64,000 bases of DNA, taken from assembly GCA_963815455.1 (NCBI GenBank), contig CAWFGO010000001.1:1568001-1632000 (forward strand). The letters run 5' to 3'. The notes under the pieces are model-generated. The model ran no database searches, was not told the origin of the DNA, and worked only from the letters and a program-made list of their open reading frames with translations. Below are positions 18,789 to 28,271 of this stretch, piece after piece (the first letter of the stretch is position 1; each line of letters begins with the position of its first letter). The stretch comes from an uncultured Verrucomicrobiae bacterium (GTDB lineage Bacteria > Verrucomicrobiota > Verrucomicrobiia > Chthoniobacterales > UBA10450). The translations under genes were made by a program, and so were the position numbers.

Positions 18789-20356
18789 ATTCACGAATTC
18801 TTCAACTCTTTTGTGCATTGAGCATCGCGCTCTCCGCAGCTTCATGCTCCAAGCGCGTGACGGAGAGCTCTTCGGAAAAGACGCTCTATACCTGCAGCAT
18901 GCATCCGCAGGTGATGCAGGATCATCCCGGGGATTGCCCGATTTGCGGAATGAAGCTCGTACCCGTTCGCAAACAGCCATCGCTCGCTACGAGCAAAGAG
19001 GCGAAGGGCGGCAGCAATCGCAAGATCGACTATTACAAGTCGACCATGCTCCTGGGCGAGATCAGCCAGACGCCCCGGAAGGACAGCATGGGAATGGACA
19101 TGGTCCCGGTTTACGAGGGCGAGGAGGAAACGAACACGATCAATGTCGATCCCGCAACCGTCCAGAAGATGAACGTGCGCACGGGTATTGTCACCAAAGG
19201 TCCGCTGCGTCGAATCATTCGAACAGTCGGCGTAATCGATTACAACGAAACGGCGCTCGCCGACGTGACGACAAAATTTCGCGGCTGGATCGAGAAGCTG
19301 TATGTCGATTCGACCGGGAAGCAGGTCCACAAAGGCGAGCCCCTGTTCGATATCTACTCGCCGGAACTCTACACTGCGCAAAGCGAGTATGTGCTCGCTC
19401 TAAATCAAAATTCCGCTGGGCTCAAGCAAAGCGCCCGACAAAAGCTGAAGCTTTTTGACGTTTCCGAAGATCAGATAGCTGAACTCGAAAAGAGCCGGCA
19501 GGCGCAACGGACACTGCGAGTAGATGCGCCGATCGATGGCATCGTGGTCGAGAAGATGGCGGTGCAGGGGCAGATGGTTGAGGCTGGAATGAAGTTGTAC
19601 CGGCTGGCCGATCTCGGGATCGTCTGGGTCCAATCACAAATCTACGAGCAGGACCTTGCGCTATTGAAGTTGGGACAGGAAGCGGAAGTAAGCCTTTCCT
19701 ATCTACCGGACCGGAAATTTCGCGGCCGCGTCACTTACATTTATCCGACGGTCGATGAGAAGACGCGTACTGCTCAGGTGCGGATGGAATTTCACAATCC
19801 GGGATTCTTTTTGAAGCCGGGAATGTTCGCGACCGTCGAGCTGCGAGCCGAGCTGAAACCTGCCGCATTGCTCGTTCCCGACTCGGCGGTTCTTCGAAGC
19901 GGGGAGAAAAACACCGTGTTTGTCGCTCTCGACGGCGGTCATTTTGAACCGCGCGAGGTCAGGCTCGGTCCTCGTGCGGACAACGATTCTTATGAGGTGC
20001 TCAGCGGACTCAAGGAAGGGGAACGGGTGGTGATATCGGGGCAGTTCATGCTCGATTCCGAGAGCCAGCTTCGGGAAGCGATTCAGAAGATGCTGAACCC
20101 GAATGCGACTCCACCGCCAGTGTCGGCAGGAAGCCAGTCTCTGCATCAGCAACCGTCCGCGACCATCGCTTCAACCCAACTGCCGGTTCCGGCGCCGAGC
20201 AGCTACGTCTGCCCCATGCCTGAGCACGCCGACATTAAGTACAATCATCCGGGCAAGTGCCCGATCTGCGGAATGACCCTTATTCCCACACCGGAAGAAG
20301 AGGTAGCCGCGCCGGCATCTTCGCCGACGGCAAGTCCGCCGGAACATCAACATTAG
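18785..20356 (+). CDS. cusB: CusB-type RND periplasmic adaptor with heavy-metal-binding domains
   Basis: YTCSMHP..CPICGMKL, RKDSMGMDMVP, GWIEKLYV..G..V.KG.PL..IYSPEL, LKPGMF, FMLDSESQL, and C-terminal YVCPM..CPICGMTL. Confidence 0.88.
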   Translation: MNSRILQLFCALSIALSAASCSKRVTESSSEKTLYTCSMHPQVMQDHPGDCPICGMKLVPVRKQPSLATSKEAKGGSNRKIDYYKSTMLLGEISQTPRKDSMGMDMVPVYEGEEETNTINVDPATVQKMNVRTGIVTKGPLRRIIRTVGVIDYNETALADVTTKFRGWIEKLYVDSTGKQVHKGEPLFDIYSPELYTAQSEYVLALNQNSAGLKQSARQKLKLFDVSEDQIAELEKSRQAQRTLRVDAPIDGIVVEKMAVQGQMVEAGMKLYRLADLGIVWVQSQIYEQDLALLKLGQEAEVSLSYLPDRKFRGRVTYIYPTVDEKTRTAQVRMEFHNPGFFLKPGMFATVELRAELKPAALLVPDSAVLRSGEKNTVFVALDGGHFEPREVRLGPRADNDSYEVLSGLKEGERVVISGQFMLDSESQLREAIQKMLNPNATPPPVSAGSQSLHQQPSATIASTQLPVPAPSSYVCPMPEHADIKYNHPGKCPICGMTLIPTPEEEVAAPASSPTASPPEHQH

Positions 20357-20362
20357 AAACCG

Positions 20363-23300
20363 ATGCTGCGAGCTATCATCGACTTTTCGTTGCGAAACAG
20401 GTTCGTCGTTCTGCTGGCGACGCTGGCGCTCACGTTTGCCGGCATTTTTGCTCTTCGCAACATCCCGCTCGATGCCATTCCTGATCTGTCTGACACGCAG
20501 GTGATCATCTACACGGAGTGGCAGGGGCAAGCGCCGCAGATCGTGCAGGATCAGGTTACGTATCCAATCACGACCAAGATGTTGTCGGTGCCGCGCGCGA
20601 AAGTGGTGCGCGGCTATTCGTTCTACGGATTCTCATTCGTTTATGTGATTTTCGACGACGGCACAGATCCATACTGGGCGCGGAGCCGGGTTCTGGAATA
20701 CCTCAGTTCTCTCAGCGGCAATCTGCCAAAAAATGTCACGCCCGCGCTCGGTCCGGATGCAACGGGAGTGGGTTGGGCGTTCATGTATTCGCTTAATTCC
20801 AAGCAGCGCAGTCTGGCGGAACTGCGCTCGATGCAAGACTGGTATCTGAAGTATCAGCTCACGTCGGTCGAGGGCGTCTCTGAGGTCGCGTCCATCGGCG
20901 GATTCGTGAAGCAGTATCAGGTGACCGTCGATCCGACGAAGCTCCGCGCTTATCACCTTTCGATTGCGGATGTCAGCACGGCGATCAAGAAGAGCAATGG
21001 CGAGGTCGGGGGCCGTTCCATCGAGATGGCGGAAAAGGAATTCATCCTGCGCGTGCGCGGTTACGTTCAAAGCGTCGACGATTTACGAAAGGTCGCGCTC
21101 GGAGTGGGTGCGAATGGCGTTCCGATTTTGCTCGACCAGGTCGCAAACGTGCAACTTGGCCCCGACATGCGGCGTGGCATTGCCGAGTTGAACGGCGATG
21201 GCGAAACCGTGGGAGGCATTGTCGTCGTGCGTTACGGCGCGAATGCCCGTCATGTCATTCAGGACGTGAAGAAACGGCTCGATCAGGCGATGAAAGCATT
21301 GCCGCCGGATGTGAGCTACACGGTTGCCTACGACCGCACCGACTTGATTGATCGCGCGGTGGCCACGCTCGAATGGAAGCTGGTCGAGGAGAGCATCGTC
21401 GTCGCGCTCGTGTGCATCGCATTTCTCCTGCATTTCCGCAGCGCCCTGGTCGCGATCATCATTCTGCCGGTCGCGGTATTGATCGCGTTCGCGGTCATGT
21501 ACCAGCAGGGGATCAGCTCAAATATCATGTCGCTCGGCGGCATCGCGATCGCGATCGGCGCGATGGTCGATGCCGTAATCATCATGATCGAGAACGCGCA
21601 CAAGCACATCGAGCGCGATGGAGGCAAAAAACCGCACTGGCAAATCATTCGCGACGCGTCGATCGAAGTCGGGCCGACGCTTTTTTATTCGCTGCTCGTT
21701 ATCACGGTTTCGTTCATCCCGGTGTTCGCGCTCCAGGCGCAGGAAGGCCGGTTATTCAAGCCTTTGGCGTTTACGAAAACCTACTCGATGGCAGCCGCGG
21801 CGCTGCTCTCCATCACGCTCGCGCCGATCCTGATGGGTTACTTCATCCGCGGAAGGATTCCCGCCGAAGAGCGCAACCCGATCAATCGATTTCTCATCTG
21901 GCTTTATCATCCAGTGATTGATTTCGTGATTCGCCGGCGCTGGGTCGTTATTGCGAGTGCTGCCTTGATCGTGGCGTGGGTTTTTCTGCCGTGGAATCGA
22001 CTGGTGACGAATTATCTGCCGCCGGGAGTGCTGCGGAACTGCGTCCCTCGCGGTCGGAAAACTTTTTCCATATCAGAATCTCGGCTCCGAGTTCATGCCG
22101 CCGCTTTACGAAGGCGACTTGCTCTACATGCCGACCACGTTTCCCGGAATTTCGACGACGAAAGCCCGCGAGGTTCTCCAGCAAACGGACAAAATCCTCA
22201 AGAGCTTTCCCGAAGTGCACACGTTTTCGGCAAGATCGGCCGCGCGGAAACCGCCACCGATCCGGCGCCGATGGACATGATTGAGACAACCATCATGCTG
22301 AAAGACGAGAAGGACTGGCCCGCGGTCGATATCAAAGATCAAAACGGCAAGACCGTCGCGCATCGCAAACGCACGGTGGACGAACTGACTGACGCGATGA
22401 ACGCCGCGATTCAATTCCCTGGACTCAACAACGCCTGGACGATGCCGATCAAGACGAGGATCGACATGCTGGCCACGGGAATCAAAACGCCGGTCGGCAT
22501 CAAAGTCGCCGGGCCCGACCTCGATCAACTGGAGCGGATCGCCGCTCAGATCGAAGCGGTGGTGCGACAAGTTCCCGGCACATCGAGTGTTTTTGCCGAA
22601 CGGGTGATGGGCGGCAATTACATCGAGTTCAACATTAACCGCGATGAGATAGCCCGCTACGGCCTGGCTCTCGCCGATGTCCAGGAAGTGCTTGAAGTCG
22701 CGCTCGGCGGGATGCCTTTGACAACAACCGTCGAAGGTCTCGAGCGTTACAGCATCAATCTTCGCTACGACCGCGATTTTCGCGAAAATCTCGAAGCGCT
22801 ACGTGAAATCATCATTCCCACTCCAACCGGCGCTCAAATCCCGCTCGGCCAACTGGCAAAAATCGATGTTGTCCGGGCGCCGATGGGGATAAAAAGCGAA
22901 GGCGCCGTCCCCAACGACTGGATTTACGTGGATGTGAAAAACATCGACGTCGGCACGTATGTGCGGATGGCTCAGCGCGCCGTCAATCAGGCCATCGCCA
23001 ATAAGACTGATCCTGCTTCCGAGCGGATATAATATTTTCTGGAGCGGCCAGTACCGAATACATGCTGCGCGCTCAGCAGCGGCTGACGATCGTTATTCCA
23101 ATTACGCTGCTGATCATCGTCCTGATCATTTATCTCAACACCCGCTCGTTTGTCGGCACAGCCATCATTATGCTTTCGGTGCCACTCGCGCTGGTTGGCT
23201 CGTTTTGGATGCTCTACCTGCTTGGCTACAATCTGAGCGTCGCTGTCTGGATAGGATTGATCGCTCTCGCGGGCGTAAGTGCCGAGACCGGCGTGGTCAT

Positions 23301-23637
23301 GCTTCTTTATCTCGAGATTGCCTACGATCAATGGGTTCGTGAAGGAAAAATGCGAAGCGCGGCCGATCTGCGCGATGCGATTTACCAAGGCGCGGTAAAG
23401 CGAGTGCGTCCAAAGGCAATGACCGCGGCTGTCATCATCGGCGGTTTGATTCCGATCATGTGGAGCCACGGCGCCGGCGCCGATGTGATGAAACGCATCG
23501 CCACCCCAATGATCGGCGGCGTGATTACTTCGGTAATCATGGAACTCGTGCTCTATCCGGCAATTTTCTTTGTCTGGCGCTCACGCCGACTGCGAAGAGA
23601 CGTCTCAGCTCCGGCCGCCGATCCGCTCCTAGTGTAA
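20363..23637 (+). CDS. cusA: CusA-type Cu(I)/Ag(I) RND efflux pump; compensating frameshifts near 22040/22220 and further ones near 23005-23060
   Basis: PLDAIPDLSDTQV, GPDATGVGW, MSLGGIAIAIGAMVDA; Met-site-like LLYMP, DPAPMDMIET, TRIDML; C-terminal RVRPKAMT...MKRIATPMIGG. Confidence 0.9.
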
Positions 23638-23660
23638 AGGGAGCCTGGCAAGGAGAGCGC

Positions 23661-26576
23661 TTATTTTCGCGCTTCAGGCGTAACGGTAATCGTCATGCGG
23701 CGGCCGTCGCGATCGACGATGATGTTCACCGGACGGCCAATTTTCGCGGCATCGAGCGCGTAGGTATAATCGTAAATGTTAGTGATCTTCTGGCCTGCGA
23801 ACTCCACGATGACGTCGCCGCCTTTAAGCCCGCCTTTTTCAGCCGGGCTGCCCCCGCGCACGCCGCTTAGCTTTACCCCTTTCACTTCGGTGGTGTAATC
23901 GGGGATCGTCCCGAGGTAGGTACGCAGAGTCTCGCGCCCGCCGCCGGCCGGCCCGCTTCGTTCCACTTTGGCGAGGTCGGGACGCTCGGGCGTTTCGACA
24001 AGATCGACAATGACCTGGCGGGTGAATTTCGTTATCCGCTCGAGATCTTTGTAGTCGAGTTTTTCCGCGGTGTCAGTCGGCCGATGATAATCCTCGTGCG
24101 CTCCGGTAAAGAAGTTCAGGACCGGAACGTTCTTCGTGTAGAAACTGGTTACGTCGGTTGGCAGATAGGGATCGTCCTGAAGCGTGAGATTGAATCCGGC
24201 GCTGACATTTCGTTTCTCCATGAGTCGCCTCCAGGCATGGGAGGACCCGACACCTTGCAATGTCAATTTGTTGTCGCGCATTCGCCCGACCATGTCGGCA
24301 TTTACGTAGGCAACAATCTTGTTAGGTGGCATCGGCGGATGTTCGCAAAATGCGGCCGATCCGATTAGTCCAATTTCTTCGCCCGACCAGCAGGCGAAAA
24401 TTACACCACGACGGAATTTTTCCGGATGTGCCGCGCGCTCCCGGGCCAGCGATGCGGCCAGCTCCATGACCCAGGCGACGCCCGATGCGTTGTCGTCGGC
24501 GCCGGGATGAATTTTGTTTTCCTCGCCGGCCCGGTCAAGCGAGCTGCTTCCGCCATGACCGAGATGATCGTAGTGCGCACCAACGACAACGTATTCGTCG
24601 CCGCTCGATTTTGGCGACGACGGAAAATAGGCAACGACATTCGAATCGCTTTTCTTCAGGTGCTCGACGCCGCAACTGAGCGTCACGGTTACCTTCGGCA
24701 AAGCGAATCCGTTTTCGGCATGTGGATTTTCCGTGTCGAGCCCGGATTGCAGCTCTTTCAGATTCCTTCCACCAGGCGCCAAAAGTGATTCGGTAATTTT
24801 TCCGCCGATCGAGACGGCGATGATGCCACTGGCCGCGTTGGTGAAGTCGTTTGTGAGGGGAACCAGTTCTCCGGCATGCGGCGAGTTCGGTCCGGTGGCG
24901 ACCAGCACCGCTTTTGCCCCATGCTCGCGGGCCAGCATCGCTTTGTAGCGAAGCGAAGAATAACGATTGAGCTGGGCCCGCCGTGCCGGCTCGACGTTCT
25001 CCGGGACGTAGCGCAGGATGAGAACAATCTTGTTCTTCACGTCCAGGCCGGCGTAGGAATCGTATCGATCGCCGCCATCCCCGGGCATCACCAGGCCATA
25101 TCCCGCGAACACGACTTCGCCGCTCGCGTCGCCGTTCTCGGTAAATGGAAGTGGCCGAAAATCCTGATCGAGTTTGGCGGGAACGGCGGGAGACTTGGAG
25201 TCAGCGGTCGCGATTTCAAACCGCGTCTTTTCCGGCAGAACACGTTCGCCGGCGTTGAAGTCGAAAGGCATCGCAAAGTTTTCTGTCAACGACTTGAGAC
25301 CAGCCTGGCGAAAATAGTGGGCGAGCCAGGCAGCCGTCGTCTGAGCGCCCGCCGTGCCCGTCATGCGCCCATCGCGTGCTGGATCGGCGAGCCACTCCAC
25401 TTCGTGATGGAGATCGGTTTCGCTAATCTCTGGCGAGAACGTGCCGGCATTCTCGCCCGGCTGCGATCGCTGCGGCGCCTCGCTTAGCGCGGCCCGCGCC
25501 GCTTCGTCGTTCCAATCGGCCAGAAAAAGCTGCGCTTTTCCGTCGCCGGTCCGCCCACTCGTCCAGCAGAGTTTTTTTCCATCGGGAGAAAAAACCGGCA
25601 ATCCGTCAAACCCGGTCGTGAAGGTCACGCGTACCGGCTCGTGTTCGCCGTTCACATCGACAATGAACAACTCGAAGTTCTCAAAACCGAGCTTGTTCGA
25701 GGTAAAGATGACGTATTTGCCGCCGGGATGATAGAACGGCGCCCAGGACATCGATTTGAAATCGGTGAGGCGCCGCTTGTCCGAGCCGTCTGGTTTCATT
25801 GTCCAGACATCGGCGATCATCCCGTTCTCTTCGAAATGCCGCCAAATAATCCGCTGACCGTCGGGCGAGAAAAACGGACCGCCGTCATAACCCGGTGCAT
25901 CGGTTAGGCGGCGAACATTCGAGCCATCCGTGTTCATTAGGTAAATGTCTCCGAACCAGGAGGGGTCTTTCTCGTATCGGGCGCGCTGTTCCGGAGAAAG
26001 CTTGTCGATCGGGAACGCGGACCGCAGCGAGCAGAAAACGATTTGTTTTCCATCGGGTGAAACTGCGCCTTCGGCGTCGTAGCCGGGCGAATGGGTCAGG
26101 TTCACCAGATCGGAGCCGTTTTGGCGGGCGGAATAAATGTCGAACGCGGCATCGTAATCCCACGAATAACGGCGCTGTTTACCGCTGGCCCGAAATTCCA
26201 GCTCAGTTTTTTGCTTGGCGCGCGCCTCCGGGTCGGCGTGCGTTGAAGCGAAGATCACGCGGTCGGCGGCCGGCTGAAAGAAACCGCAGGTCGTTTTGCC
26301 GGTACCGGGCGAGACCCGCGTGGTGTCCCCCGTGTTCAGATCGAGCAGGTATATCTGGTAAAACGGATTTCCTTCCTCGCGCTCGCTTTGGAAGATGAGC
26401 TTTTGTCCATCCGGTGAAAAGTAGCCTTCGCCACTGCGCCGTCCTTCGAAGATCAATTGCCGCGCGTTGCTGATGAAGCGCGATTCCTGGGCGGTGTCAT
26501 CGGCGGCATAGGAGTGCCCAAGGACAAAAAGGACACAAAGGACACAAAGCCGACCCACTTTTGTCTTTTGAGTCAT
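23661..26576 (-). CDS. M28-family peptidase with N-terminal TolB-like (PD40) propeller, PA domain and C-terminal PDZ
   Basis: FSPDG repeats; VVFAGYG; GAHYDH, GADDNASG, SGEEIGLIGS, DYHRPTD; YLGTIPD..GGSPAEKGGL. Start at MTQKTK (ATGA overlap with the upstream stop). Confidence 0.92.
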   Translation of the reverse strand: MTQKTKVGRLCVLCVLFVLGHSYAADDTAQESRFISNARQLIFEGRRSGEGYFSPDGQKLIFQSEREEGNPFYQIYLLDLNTGDTTRVSPGTGKTTCGFFQPAADRVIFASTHADPEARAKQKTELEFRASGKQRRYSWDYDAAFDIYSARQNGSDLVNLTHSPGYDAEGAVSPDGKQIVFCSLRSAFPIDKLSPEQRARYEKDPSWFGDIYLMNTDGSNVRRLTDAPGYDGGPFFSPDGQRIIWRHFEENGMIADVWTMKPDGSDKRRLTDFKSMSWAPFYHPGGKYVIFTSNKLGFENFELFIVDVNGEHEPVRVTFTTGFDGLPVFSPDGKKLCWTSGRTGDGKAQLFLADWNDEAARAALSEAPQRSQPGENAGTFSPEISETDLHHEVEWLADPARDGRMTGTAGAQTTAAWLAHYFRQAGLKSLTENFAMPFDFNAGERVLPEKTRFEIATADSKSPAVPAKLDQDFRPLPFTENGDASGEVVFAGYGLVMPGDGGDRYDSYAGLDVKNKIVLILRYVPENVEPARRAQLNRYSSLRYKAMLAREHGAKAVLVATGPNSPHAGELVPLTNDFTNAASGIIAVSIGGKITESLLAPGGRNLKELQSGLDTENPHAENGFALPKVTVTLSCGVEHLKKSDSNVVAYFPSSPKSSGDEYVVVGAHYDHLGHGGSSSLDRAGEENKIHPGADDNASGVAWVMELAASLARERAAHPEKFRRGVIFACWSGEEIGLIGSAAFCEHPPMPPNKIVAYVNADMVGRMRDNKLTLQGVGSSHAWRRLMEKRNVSAGFNLTLQDDPYLPTDVTSFYTKNVPVLNFFTGAHEDYHRPTDTAEKLDYKDLERITKFTRQVIVDLVETPERPDLAKVERSGPAGGGRETLRTYLGTIPDYTTEVKGVKLSGVRGGSPAEKGGLKGGDVIVEFAGQKITNIYDYTYALDAAKIGRPVNIIVDRDGRRMTITVTPEARK

Positions 26577-26582
26577 TGTGGT
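26522..26582. repeat. Inverted array of 9-bp tandem repeats at the 3' end of a four-helix-bundle gene
   Basis: aggacaaaa/aggacacaa/aggacacaa (26522-26548), followed by degenerate complementary units (ttttgtctt, ttgagtcat). Confidence 0.65.
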
Positions 26583-27235
26583 CGCTGCTTGTTTCGAGCG
26601 GCGATGCGCGCGCGCGTCATGCGCTCGCGTAAACCGCCTTCCTTTAAAAAATCCTGCTCCAGGCGGTCGAGCTGTCGGTCGAGCAGATAGCAAGTCACCT
26701 TAATCAAGCCAGCGATGGCGTTGGCGCAGATTGCTGGATCGACATGTTCGATCGCTTTCTTGAAAGTCGCGTAATTGGCGCCAGGCGTTCGGTTGAGCTG
26801 GCGCAGGCGACGGGCATGAGAGTGATCTGGAGTCCATTCTTCGATGCTTCGGCTGCGCATGAAATCCCGGTAATCTTCGAGAAGTTCTTTCAGGCTCGCG
26901 CGGGCGACATTCGTGAGCTTGATCTCAGTTTCCTTGGAAGTGCCAGAAGCTTCGCTCCCTTCAAGAATATTTTGTTTCCCGGAGCGCGCCGCCTGAATCA
27001 TCTGGTCGCGGGTGCGATCGAACTTCGTAAAGAAACGATTACAGAAGTGCTGCGTGGCATCGTAGACAATGAGTGCTTTTTGATACGAGAGCAGGTCCTG
27101 GTAGCCGCCATGTGGCGGAATGAAAGTCTCGCGACTCTCATCCAGCGACGAAAGGGACTTAAGGGACGAAAGCGACTTCCTCGCGCCGCGCTCATCTCTC
27201 GTCCCTGGTGCCCTTTTCGTCCCTCGGTTCTCCAT
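26573..27235 (-). CDS. Four-helix-bundle protein with suffix domain (23S rRNA intervening-sequence protein-like family)
   Basis: GGYQDLLSYQKA, RTRDQMIQAARSGKQNILEGS, KLTNVARASLKELLEDY, LDRQL..LEQDFLKEGGLRERMTRAR. Confidence 0.88.
   Translation of the reverse strand: MENRGTKRAPGTRDERGARKSLSSLKSLSSLDESRETFIPPHGGYQDLLSYQKALIVYDATQHFCNRFFTKFDRTRDQMIQAARSGKQNILEGSEASGTSKETEIKLTNVARASLKELLEDYRDFMRSRSIEEWTPDHSHARRLRQLNRTPGANYATFKKAIEHVDPAICANAIAGLIKVTCYLLDRQLDRLEQDFLKEGGLRERMTRARIAARNKQRPQ
27144..27224. repeat. Inverted array of 9-bp tandem repeats at the 5' end of a four-helix-bundle gene
   Basis: agcgacgaa agggactta agggacgaa agcgacttc (27144-27179) versus ctcgtccct ggtgccctt ttcgtccct (27198-27224). 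ttcgtccct is the exact reverse complement of agggacgaa. Confidence 0.75.
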
Positions 27236-27254
27236 TACGCCGCTTTTTACCGCC

Positions 27255-28271
27255 TCATGCCGGCGCGGTCGAGGAGGAACTAACCGGGTAACTCGAAAGC
27301 GCCCGCATGTATTGCGCTCTCTCGAACGCGCTCGGGTCGGGGCAATTCTTCTGGCTCATGCTGCCTTTGAGTTGCTCGACCGATTCGTATTCGTGTTCGT
27401 CGAGCCATTCAGTCATCTCGCGTTCGATGACGCGAATGTGATCGATGCCGCGCCGCAATAACACCGAGCAAAGCATTGTGACATCGGCGCCGGCCATCAG
27501 CATCTTCAGGGCATCGGTGGCGCGATGAATCCCGCTGGTCGCGGCGAGGTCTGCGCCGATGCGGCCATACAACAGCGCGATCCAGCGCATGGGCAACCGC
27601 ATCGCCATCGGCGTGCTGAGAAGCAGATTGGGACTGATCTCGAGCGTCTCCAGTTCGATGTCCGGCTGGTAAAAGCGATTGAACAGCACCAGCGCGTTGG
27701 CGCCATTGCGTTCGAGACTTCGCGCGAAACGCGCCAGGTTCGTAAAATACGGACTGAGCTTCACCGCCACCGGGATTTTCAACTGCGCTTTTACTGAAGC
27801 GACAATGGTCAGGTAATCGGTTTCGATCTCGTCGGCGCTGCGCTCCGGATCGGTCGACACGTTATAGATGTTCAGCTCCAGGGCATCGGCCCCGGCTTGC
27901 TCGATTTGCCGGGCATATTTCATCCAGCCGCCAAACGTCGTGCCGTTGAGGCTGCCGATGATCGGAATGTTCACAGTGGCTTTGGCTTTTGCCAGATGCT
28001 CGAGATACGCTTCCGGTCCGACCTTAAATTCAGCCGGCTCGGGAAAATAGTTCAGCGCTTCAGCGTACGATTCCGCGCCTTGTTCAAGGTAGTGGGTTAG
28101 CTCGTGATGTTCACGGCGAAGTTGCTCTTCGAAGAGTGAGTGGAAAACCACCGCGGAAGCGCCGGCGTCTTCCATTTTTTTGATATTGTCGATGTTCTGC
28201 GAGAGCGGTGAGGCCGACGGAACGAGCGGTGTTCGCAGTTTGAAGCCGAGATAAGTGGTGCTGAGTTTCAT
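27255..28271 (-). CDS. Dihydroorotate dehydrogenase-like flavoprotein (PFOR-associated type)
   Basis: MKLSTTYLGFKLRTPLVPSASP, SLFEEQ, IPIIGSLNG, PVAVKLSPYF, LFNRFYQPDI, LAATSGIH; ATGA overlap with the PFOR stop. Confidence 0.88.
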   Translation of the reverse strand: MKLSTTYLGFKLRTPLVPSASPLSQNIDNIKKMEDAGASAVVFHSLFEEQLRREHHELTHYLEQGAESYAEALNYFPEPAEFKVGPEAYLEHLAKAKATVNIPIIGSLNGTTFGGWMKYARQIEQAGADALELNIYNVSTDPERSADEIETDYLTIVASVKAQLKIPVAVKLSPYFTNLARFARSLERNGANALVLFNRFYQPDIELETLEISPNLLLSTPMAMRLPMRWIALLYGRIGADLAATSGIHRATDALKMLMAGADVTMLCSVLLRRGIDHIRVIEREMTEWLDEHEYESVEQLKGSMSQKNCPDPSAFERAQYMRALSSYPVSSSSTAPA

